Shown: positions 56,177-64,000 of the stretch, piece after piece | Position numbering within the stretch: the stretch's first letter is position 1 | Layout: each line of letters opens with the position of its first letter | Source: Selaginella moellendorffii | Taxonomy: Eukaryota; Plantae; Lycopodiophyta | Direction: 5' to 3' | Assembly: GCF_000143415.4 (NCBI RefSeq) | Contig: NW_003314280.1 | Location: 868,001 to 932,000, forward strand | Length of the DNA stretch: 64,000 nucleotides | The notes under the pieces: model-generated | The model's database searches: none | What the model saw: only the letters and a program-made list of their open reading frames with translations | Told to the model about the DNA's origin: nothing | Position numbers and translations under genes: made by a program

Positions 56177-57467
56177 TCCGTCAAGGTAAGTTCGATTTCT
56201 TTTTCGATAAGTGCCTCGATCAATTCCCGTTTGATTGCAGAAAAGCGACTCGCGTTTTGATGAGCACCACCGTTGTCATCACCAAGCGTCTTACTGCGCA
56301 ACGAGAAGCTAAATTCCGAAGAAGGAAAAGCCTGCCGGATCATGGGGACGGTATGGTGGAGCTCACGAACTCTGGAGTCGGTTCCTTCACGCGAGCAGCC
56401 TGAGAGCCACCGCCCATTCCAGTGAGACTGGAATTTACGTTTTTTTTTTACTCGGCTCTAGAAGGTACGCTAAAACACAGGTCGCGAAGAATCGACCAAA
56501 TCTCGACCAACTTCGGACCGAGCCAAGCGAGAAACGAGCCATTGATTCCATCCAAGACCAAGTTAAAGAGACCCGAGTGAAGAAGATGGTAGGAAAAGTT
56601 TATCTATCTTTTCTTAACAAAGAACTTGTGTGTCAGGTTGACTACTATGGCTCTCTCACTCTGGTGAGCAAACTTTCGAGTAGAAAAAAAAAACAAAGAA
56701 AAAGAAAAATGGAGCAGTGAATTTTTTTCCATTCTTTTGTTTTGGGCGATGAGCTACGACGAGCGAGAAGTGACACGGTTGGTTTTGGAGTGGTTTGGCT
56801 CTTGTCACGGAGCCATGAAAATCGTTTCGTTGGTACCAGCGTCTCAGGCAAAAGGCTGGCGGTATCCAATGTTGGCTCGCTGGAGCTCGGTTGGCTATGG
56901 CGGTCATACATAGAGATTCATTCTTACACACAAAAGAAGGTGGTTTTTTTTTTTTTTTTTCTTAGCTAAGTTTAAGCAGCGGGTGTGAGTGATTCCAGTG
57001 TTCCCCCAAATTTGGGGAGGGAAACAAGGGCCGCTGATTCCACCACCACTGATTAAACTCGGGGCCTTGAAAATTCCTTGCGTTTCTCTCCAATCAGTTC
57101 TAAAGCTCGCGAGCTACTAAGTGAGAACTCGAGGTCTTCCAAGTAAGCTCTCTCAGATCTTTTCTCTAGTTTCTTTTTGGTCGCTCCTTTCACACATGTG
57201 AGAATTCATGCCTTTCATTGATTCCTCCATTCATAGATTCTAATTTCTGCGCTAGCTTTCTTTCTCCACTAGCGAGGCCGAGCTAGTGCTAGCCTAGTAG
57301 CTAGCGTTTTCTTTCTCCGCGCGCTTTCTTCCTCTCTATCGAGATTCTTTCATCGATCCATCCCTTCTTGCCGAGCTCCCGCGTTTCGCTACGCATCCAC
57401 ATTTCGTCCAGATCGCGAGCACCATCCGGATCGCCAGTGAAGAACAAGGAAGGAGAGCTCCAATCCA

Positions 57468-59588
57468 ATGGCGATGGCGTCGCCGCTAGCGCTGGTGGCG
57501 ATGCTAGTCCGCTACTCCCTGCTGATCACGGCGATCCTGGCGATGGTGGCGATGGTGGCGATGGGGGAGGAGGACGACTCCCTCTTCACCGTGGCCAAGC
57601 AGTTCAAGCGCTCCGTCCAGAACGTGGCGGCGGGCGAGCCGAGCTCCGGGCTATGGACGTCGCGCGCGCGGCAGCGTCCCCTCCCCACCAACAAGTTCTG
57701 GCAGAACTTCGTGCTCAACAGGGGATCCTCGCCGGAGTACATCCATCCCTACACCATCCAGGCGGGTAACTCCTCCATCGCCATCGGCTACCCCAAGCGC
57801 CAGGCCTCGCCCACCTTGATCGCCCAGATCCACGCCAACGATCTTTTGGTCTCCGCGCGATCGCCATCATCGCCCATCATCCAGGTCTCCCACCACGACG
57901 ACCTCACCGTGACGCTCTCCCTCGGCCAGGCAATGCGCGCGCACCTCCTCCGCGGCAGCCCCTACGTCTCCTTCGTCTTCTCGGACGCCACGCCGCTCAT
58001 CGCCAGCGCGCACGCCATCGCCAATCTCTCCCGGAGCGCCGACTCCACCAAGCACACGCTCTTCCTCGCCAATGGCCAGAGGTGGGTCGTCTACTCCTCC
58101 GCGCCGATCCATCTCCAGCTCGATCGGTCCGCGCAGCAGCTCTCGGCCAGCGGCGATGGGTACTCGGGCGTTCTTCGCATCGCGCTCGTCGCCACCCCCA
58201 GCGCCGAGCCACTGCTCGATCGCTACAGCGGCTGCTACGCGGTGGCGTCCTGGGTCTCGATCGACACCGTCTCCTCCGCGCCGCGCGCCTCCATGGCCTT
58301 CACCTACAAGACCCAGGGCCGCGGCGACCTCCTCCTCCTCGCGCTCCCCCTCCACCGCGCCGCCATGGACTACGCCACCGCCGGCGCGCGCCCGCTCCCC
58401 CAGCTCCGCTACGCCAGCATCGACGGCGAGCTCCAGGGCGTGGTGGGCAGCCTCTGGAAGCTCGACTCCAGCGCGCCCATGGCCGCCATAGCCTGGCACT
58501 CGGTGGCGGGGATCCGCGAGCCCACTGCAGCTGGGCGGCTTGGCGCGGCCCTCGCCCGCGACGTGGCGGCGCTCCGCCCGATCAACACCTCCTCGACGTA
58601 CTTCTTCGGCAAGGCGGTGGCGCGCGCCGCGCGGCTGGCGCTCATCGCTGAGGAGATCGGTGCTCCCGACCAGGCGGCGGCGGTGGCGGCGTTCCTGGAT
58701 TCCAACCTCAGCCCCTGGTTCGATGGATCCAACGCGGGGAACGCGATCGTCTACGATGGGCAGTGGGGTGGATTGGTGAGCCAGGCCGGGGCTTTCGACT
58801 CGGGCGCGGACTTTGGCCTGGGAGTGTACAACGATCACCACTACCACTGGGGCTACTTCGTCTACGCGGGCGCCGTGCTCGCCAAGCTCGATCGCGGCTG
58901 GGGCGAGCGCTACCGCACGAATCTCTACTCGCTGGTGGGCGATTACATGTCCCCGGCGCCGCCGCGCTCCGGATCATCGCGCGCGAATTTCCCGCGCTTC
59001 CGCCACTTCGATCCGTGGGTGATGCACTCCTGGGCGGGCGGGCTGACCGAGTTCGCGGATGGGCGCAACCAGGAGAGCAGCAGCGAGGCCGTGAACGCCT
59101 ACTACGCGGCGGCGCTGCTGGGGCGAGCCTACGGCGACGAGGATCTCGCCAACACCGGCAGCGCCATCGCTGGATTCGAGGCGCTGGGCGCGAAATCGCT
59201 GTGGCACATCCGCCGCGACAGCGATCTCTACGAGCCGGAGTTTGTTCGCGAGAATCGGATGAGCGGCGTGGTGTGGGCGAACAAGCGGGACACTGCGCTG
59301 TGGTTCGCGGCCACGTCGGTGCTCGAGTGCCGCGTCGGCATCCAGGTCATACCGGTGACGCCCGCCACGGAGGCGCTGTACGACGACGTGGACTACAACC
59401 GGCAGCTGTACGAGTGGGCGTCGCCGGCGGTGCAGAGCGACACGTGGCGGGGGTTCGCGCTGGCGGTGCAGGCCACGTATGATCCGGCACGCGCGCGTGC
59501 CAACGTGGAGCTCCTGGAGAGGTTTGACGATGGGAATTCCTTGTCCAATATGTTGTGGTGGGTTTACACGAGGCCCAGCATCACGTAG
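57468..59588 (+). CDS. GH81 endo-1,3-beta-glucanase / beta-glucan-binding protein, intronless
   Basis: LPTNKFWQN, RGSPYV, STYFFGK, DFGLGVYNDHHYHWGY, DGRNQESSSEAVN, WANKRD and DDGNSLSN, with a hydrophobic N-terminus. Confidence 0.95.
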   Translation: MAMASPLALVAMLVRYSLLITAILAMVAMVAMGEEDDSLFTVAKQFKRSVQNVAAGEPSSGLWTSRARQRPLPTNKFWQNFVLNRGSSPEYIHPYTIQAGNSSIAIGYPKRQASPTLIAQIHANDLLVSARSPSSPIIQVSHHDDLTVTLSLGQAMRAHLLRGSPYVSFVFSDATPLIASAHAIANLSRSADSTKHTLFLANGQRWVVYSSAPIHLQLDRSAQQLSASGDGYSGVLRIALVATPSAEPLLDRYSGCYAVASWVSIDTVSSAPRASMAFTYKTQGRGDLLLLALPLHRAAMDYATAGARPLPQLRYASIDGELQGVVGSLWKLDSSAPMAAIAWHSVAGIREPTAAGRLGAALARDVAALRPINTSSTYFFGKAVARAARLALIAEEIGAPDQAAAVAAFLDSNLSPWFDGSNAGNAIVYDGQWGGLVSQAGAFDSGADFGLGVYNDHHYHWGYFVYAGAVLAKLDRGWGERYRTNLYSLVGDYMSPAPPRSGSSRANFPRFRHFDPWVMHSWAGGLTEFADGRNQESSSEAVNAYYAAALLGRAYGDEDLANTGSAIAGFEALGAKSLWHIRRDSDLYEPEFVRENRMSGVVWANKRDTALWFAATSVLECRVGIQVIPVTPATEALYDDVDYNRQLYEWASPAVQSDTWRGFALAVQATYDPARARANVELLERFDDGNSLSNMLWWVYTRPSIT

Positions 59589-59731
59589 GAGCTTTTTTCA
59601 TCGTTTTTACTTTCTACTATCTATTACACCTGTTGTAAAAAGAGCTGCGCGCCAATCTTTGAATTCGAATCAAGCGGGATATACTCCGGCATCTTGGGGA
59701 TTTGCGCGCTAATTTCATGTTTCCCTCGAGT

Positions 59732-59853
59732 AGAAAGTTTCTTCTCTCAGCGCAATGGAAGAAAGAAAGTTTCCTCTCTCAGCGCAATTGGAAGAAACCT
59801 CGAGGAATCGGGTGCCTATAAGATCGATGTCGAGAGTTTCTATCAGCGCAATC
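59732..59853 (+). repeat. Short tandem repeat (2 x ~32 bp plus a partial third copy) upstream of PR-1
   Basis: AGAAAGTTTCYTCTCTCAGCGCAAT(T)GGAAGAA occurs twice; AGAGTTTCTATCAGCGCAAT at ~59834. Confidence 0.75.
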
Positions 59854-59896
59854 TCCAGCAATCGGGCAGATCCATGCGCGAGAATCCTACGAGAAT

Positions 59897-60403
59897 ATGG
59901 AATTGCTCCTTGTGATTGCTCTTGTCTCTATGACCATCGGACTCGCCGACAGCTACAGCGCTGCGATTCGGGCCAGCCTCCAGCAGGATAATTCCATCGA
60001 TCAAGAGTTCCTGGACGCGCACAACGCCGCCAGGGCCGCGGTAGACGTCCCGCCGCTCTCGTGGGACGCGAGCCTGGCCGAGTTTGCTCGGGGCTGGGCG
60101 TCCAGGCTGCGAGACGCCGGCTGCACGAACTTGGTTCACTCGGGGGGCATGTACGGGGAGAACCTGTGGTACGGGCCCGGAAGACCCAGCGACGCCGTGG
60201 GGCTGTGGGTGGCGGAGCAGCGCTTCTACGATCCGGAGAGCAACCAGTGCAAGAGTGGCGAGGTGTGTGGGCATTACACCCAGGTTGTCTGGTCGAGGTC
60301 CCAGAAGCTCGGATGCGCGTATCTGAGCTGTGGAAATGGATTGTTTGTGGCGAGCTGCAACTATTATCCGAGAGGAAACATTGTTGGAGAGACACCATTC
60401 TAG
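59897..60403 (+). CDS. PR1: Pathogenesis-related protein 1 (CAP/SCP superfamily), secreted
   Basis: Signal peptide, FLDAHNAAR, LVHSGG.YGENL, CGHYTQVVW, LGCA and CNYYPRGN. Confidence 0.95.
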   Translation: MELLLVIALVSMTIGLADSYSAAIRASLQQDNSIDQEFLDAHNAARAAVDVPPLSWDASLAEFARGWASRLRDAGCTNLVHSGGMYGENLWYGPGRPSDAVGLWVAEQRFYDPESNQCKSGEVCGHYTQVVWSRSQKLGCAYLSCGNGLFVASCNYYPRGNIVGETPF

Positions 60404-60994
60404 AGCGGGGTTTAAGGTTTAACAAACCCTAAAGGTAGTATAAAGGTAGGGTTTAAGGACCTTAAAGGTATAGATCGTTCAAGGGTTTAACGATCTGTTG
60501 CTAAAAGTTGTGAACAGGAGTTTGGATAGGCTTGGCTGCGTGATCATGAGCAGAATATGCGCCCTTCTTCTACGTTTGCCTGAATCGTTGGATCCAAGCC
60601 GGCGCCGACAAGATTCCCGTGCACACAAAGCGCTGTTTTCTTGCGCTCGCTTTTGTTTGTTATGGCTCGCCTCGCGTCAAAGCACAAATTCCATGACACC
60701 CCAAAAGCCTTCCCTCGTTCTCCTCCTCCTCCGAGAGCAAGAACAAGGAGAGAGAGAGGGAGAGGGAGATCGGGGAGATAGTTTGTTTTGCTTATGGTTT
60801 GGGCGATAATAGATATAAGTATTCTCAGTCGACACAACACAACAGAGAGTCGATCCATGCAGAACTGCGCCACCCCACCCCCACTCTTACCCTTCTCCCA
60901 GCTCCACTTGGAGTGATCTTTGGAAGTTCCAGTACCAAAGATCCAGCGAAAGCCCAATTTCTCATCTCGTCAAGCTCGCTGGATTCGAGAGATC

Positions 60995-63112
60995 ATGACC
61001 AACAACAACAGCTTGATCACATTCATCCTTCTCGCAATCGCCGTCAAAGCACTCGCGGGAGACGATGATCAATGCTTTGGCAGCATCAACAACGCGGCGG
61101 CGGGCATTCCCTCGCAGCTCTGGTCCACCGATCTCCGGAGCTCCGGCGCTCCACTCCCCACCAACGCATTCTGGCTCAACTACGTGCTCCAGGACGGATC
61201 CCAGCCCGAGTACATCCACCCCTACTCGATCCGATTCAAGCAAGGCCTCGTCTCCCTGTGCTATCCCAAGCGCCTCCTCCAGCCCACCGCCGTGATCCAG
61301 GTCCACACCGACGATCTCTCCATCTCGTGCAAGGAGGAGCCCGGCACCGCCTTCGCCGTCTCGGCCTTCGACGACCTCAGCGTCACGCTGGCCAGCCAGG
61401 GCCGCCGCCTCACGGTACCGCTGGTCCGCGGCAGCCCCTACGTCACCTTCCTCTTCCGCGGCGGTACGCCGCTACTGTCCACCATCAACGCGGTGATCAA
61501 CGTCACCTCCAACCCGGACGCCACCAAGCACAAAATCCTCTTCAACAGCGGCCAGACCTGGCTCCTCTACTCCTCCTCGCCGCTTCCAATCTCCATCGAC
61601 GCCACCACCAGCAGCTTTGCGCTCCGGGCCGACGCCAGGCCCTTCACCGGCACGATCCGCGCGGCAGTGCTCACCGACCCCGCCTCGGAGCCCACCCTGG
61701 ACACGTACAGCCAGTGCTACGCGACGCGCGGTACCGTGGAGTTTCCAGCGCCCTTCACAATGCAGCACAAGTACACCACCGCCGGCGGCGCGGGGGAGCT
61801 CCTGCTGCTCAGCCTGCCCATGCACCGCAGCATACTGCAACAAGCCGGCGGCACGGGTACGAACGCCGCCCGCGGCATGCCGTCGCTGACGTACAACAGC
61901 ATCGACGGTCAGATGGAAGGCGTGGTGGGCTCCACGTGGACACTCCGCGCGGGCGGTGCCAACGTCAGCTGGCATTCACCGCGCGGACTCCGTGCGGACC
62001 CAGCGGCGTCACACGAGATCAGCGCCGCGCTGCAGCGGGACGTGGACGACCTCCCGGGCGTCATAGTGAACTCGTCCACGTACTTCTTCGGCAAGGCCGC
62101 TGCCCGTGCCGCGCGGCTCGCTCTCATAGCCGAGGAGGTGGCCAGGCCCGACTTGACGGGGAGGATTGCCGCCACCTTGAGGAGCTCGCTCGCGCAGTGG
62201 CTGGACAGTAACCACGCTGTCAATCCAAACATGAGTAACAGCATTGGCTATGATCGCCAGTGGGGAGGCCTCGTGAGCAGCGACGGTGCCGCCGACAGTG
62301 GTGCCGACTTTGGCCTTGGAATGTACAACGATCACCACTTCCACTGGGGCTACTTCGTCTACGCGGGAGCCGTGCTCGCAAGAATGGACCCGGAGTGGGG
62401 GAGCCAGCACCGCTGCCAGCTCTACTCTCTCGTGTCCGACTACATGCAGCACGGTACCTCGCAGCACAACTCGGGCAGTGCCGCGCGGTACCCCCGCCTC
62501 CGCCACTTCGACCACTGGCTCATGCACTCGTGGGCCGCGGGGCTCAAGAACTTCGCCGACGGCCGCAACCAGGAGAGCACCAGCGAGGCCGTCAACTCGT
62601 ACTACGCGGCGTCGCTGCTGGGCTCCGCCTTCCACGACGCGGCGCTGGCCGAGCTCGGCGTCACGCTGGTGGCCTTCGAGACGCACGCCGCGCAGTCGCT
62701 GTGGCACGTACCGCTGGGCAGCGAGCTGTACGAGGCCGAGTTTGTGGCGCGCAACCGGATGATCGGGGTGCTCTGGGCCAACAAGCGCGACACGGCTCTC
62801 TGGTTCGGTCCGCCCGAGTGGCTGGAGGTCCGGCTGGGCATCCAGGTGCTGCCCGTGACGCCGGTGACCGAGGTGCTCTTCTCGGACACCGGCTTCGCCA
62901 GGGAGGTGGTGGAGTGGGCGTCTGCGGATATGGACTCGCGGCCCGAGGCCTCCGACGGCTGGAAGGGGTTCGTCTTCGCGCTCCAGGCGAGCTACGACCC
63001 CGCCACTGCTCTCCACCACGCCAGGCAGCTCAAGGAGTTTGACGACGGCAACTCGGCCTCCAACTTGCTCTGGTGGATCCACACACGGGCTGCCAATCCC
63101 GAGAGGCTCTAG
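60995..63112 (+). CDS. Second GH81 endo-1,3-beta-glucanase, intronless, with signal peptide
   Basis: First ATG at 60995 (MTNNNSLITFILLAIAVKALA), then YNDHHFHWGY, DGRNQESTSEAVN, WANKRD and DDGNS. Confidence 0.95.
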   Translation: MTNNNSLITFILLAIAVKALAGDDDQCFGSINNAAAGIPSQLWSTDLRSSGAPLPTNAFWLNYVLQDGSQPEYIHPYSIRFKQGLVSLCYPKRLLQPTAVIQVHTDDLSISCKEEPGTAFAVSAFDDLSVTLASQGRRLTVPLVRGSPYVTFLFRGGTPLLSTINAVINVTSNPDATKHKILFNSGQTWLLYSSSPLPISIDATTSSFALRADARPFTGTIRAAVLTDPASEPTLDTYSQCYATRGTVEFPAPFTMQHKYTTAGGAGELLLLSLPMHRSILQQAGGTGTNAARGMPSLTYNSIDGQMEGVVGSTWTLRAGGANVSWHSPRGLRADPAASHEISAALQRDVDDLPGVIVNSSTYFFGKAAARAARLALIAEEVARPDLTGRIAATLRSSLAQWLDSNHAVNPNMSNSIGYDRQWGGLVSSDGAADSGADFGLGMYNDHHFHWGYFVYAGAVLARMDPEWGSQHRCQLYSLVSDYMQHGTSQHNSGSAARYPRLRHFDHWLMHSWAAGLKNFADGRNQESTSEAVNSYYAASLLGSAFHDAALAELGVTLVAFETHAAQSLWHVPLGSELYEAEFVARNRMIGVLWANKRDTALWFGPPEWLEVRLGIQVLPVTPVTEVLFSDTGFAREVVEWASADMDSRPEASDGWKGFVFALQASYDPATALHHARQLKEFDDGNSASNLLWWIHTRAANPERL

Positions 63113-63119
63113 CCGAGAA

Positions 63120-63452
63120 GCCTGCTTGTGTGCGTTAACCAGTAAAGCTCTCACCACCTTGTTGATGAGAAGCTCCAGCTATGGCATAGAGTTGAAAGCG
63201 TTTCCCAGCTGACTCGATAGATCTTCGCCTGTACTCTCAAGCTCCGAAAGATTCGACCACCTTGAAAAGAAAGCTCGAGTTTTGCAGCCTGTGTGTGTTA
63301 ACCAGCTTCAAAGTTCTGACCACCTTGTTGAAGAGCTATCGCATAGATTTGCCAGCGTTTCCCAGCTGACTCGATAGATCTGTCCCTTGTACTCTCAAGC
63401 TCCGAAAAAAGTCGAGAGATTCGACGACCTTGAAAAGAAAGCTCGAGGTTTT
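63120..63452. repeat. Two diverged ~165-bp tandem copies between the convergent GH81 and PPR genes
   Basis: gttaaccag..ccaccttgttga..gcgtttcccagctgactcgatagatct..tgtactctcaagctccgaaa..ccttgaaaagaaagctcgag occurs twice. Confidence 0.85.
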
Positions 63453-63461
63453 CCCACCTGG

Positions 63462-64000
63462 CTATCTTCTCTGACCGGCCGCCGAGGCTTTGAAAGCGTT
63501 TTCGAGCTGAACAAACACCGCCGAAGTTCTCAGCTCCTTGGATCCGAAAAGAAGAAACTCGGCCGCCTGCTGTCCCCGGCCGACGTCCTTGTGGATTCCG
63601 CAGCCTCCCAGCAACGCCTCCAGTGTCACCGAGTCGGGATCATACGGAGTAGCGTCGATCACATCCACGGCCTCGTCCAGCCGGCCTGCTCGGGCCAGCA
63701 TGTCCACCATGCAGCAGTAATGGTCTCTCGTCGCCGCCACGTCGTGGTCCGCGAGCATGGAGCGAAAGCAGCCGAGTCCCACGTCTACGAGCCCGGCATG
63801 GCTGCAGCAGCTGAGGATGGTGATAAAGGCCACCTCATCCAGCTCCATTCCCTGGAGCTCCATCTCCTGGAACGCTTGGACGGCATCTCTCCCGTGCTTG
63901 TTTAGAGCGTAAGCTCCCACCATCGCCGTCCACGAGACCAGGCATCGGTGTGGAGCCGAGTCGAAGGCCTCTCGAGCTTCTTGCAGGCTTCCCTTCAAGC
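63462..64000 (-). CDS. 3' end of a PLS-class PPR protein (truncated E domain, no DYW); 5' part beyond window
   Basis: VSWTAMVGAYA, FITILSCCSHAGLVD.G and HYCCMVDMLARAGRLDEA..PD.VT..ALLGGC.IH. Confidence 0.88.
   Translation of the reverse strand, partial: LKGSLQEAREAFDSAPHRCLVSWTAMVGAYALNKHGRDAVQAFQEMELQGMELDEVAFITILSCCSHAGLVDVGLGCFRSMLADHDVAATRDHYCCMVDMLARAGRLDEAVDVIDATPYDPDSVTLEALLGGCGIHKDVGRGQQAAEFLLFGSKELRTSAVFVQLENAFKASAAGQRR

Noticed and set aside
60407-60490. Telomere-like GGGTTTA/AAACCCTA repeats after PR-1
   Set aside because: Few, degenerate and in mixed orientation; not an interstitial telomere array.
60920-60994. ORF-track start of the second GH81
   Set aside because: It is a non-ATG start. 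ATG 60995 directly precedes the signal peptide.

Overview
Eukaryotic land-plant nuclear DNA with three N-gaps. The very short (~50-80 bp) introns, tight gene packing and PLS-type PPR genes suggest a lycophyte such as Selaginella (inference). 1-29.6 kb is gene-dense: nitrate reductase (runs off the left edge), IPMI small subunit (LeuD), DDX24/MAK5-type DEAD-box helicase, LTP plus a duplicated copy lacking its start codon, SWEET, RPS4, LRR-extensin-like, RabA, CRM-domain splicing factor (with indels), unknown coiled-coil protein, RPS7, root-cap-domain protein and an ankyrin protein. 29.7-53.9 kb is a repeat and pseudogene block: a 3x ~0.7 kb tandem array, fragments of CCDC25, FIGL1, NPF and subtilase genes, a 2x ~3 kb tandem unit carrying RPA70-like pseudogenes (Helitron-like), a degenerate 4.9 kb Ty3/gypsy element with 175-bp LTRs, and microsatellites. 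54.8-64 kb holds a pectate lyase, a GH81 glucanase / PR-1 / GH81 glucanase cluster and the 3' end of a PPR gene. No CRISPR, rRNA or tRNA genes were recognised. All family assignments come from recalled motifs, not database searches. I cannot demonstrate a wholly new biological system. The best leads are the GH81-PR1-GH81 cluster, the 34-bp head-to-head LeuD/helicase junction, the NRE-like elements at nitrate reductase and the Helitron-like gene-fragment block.
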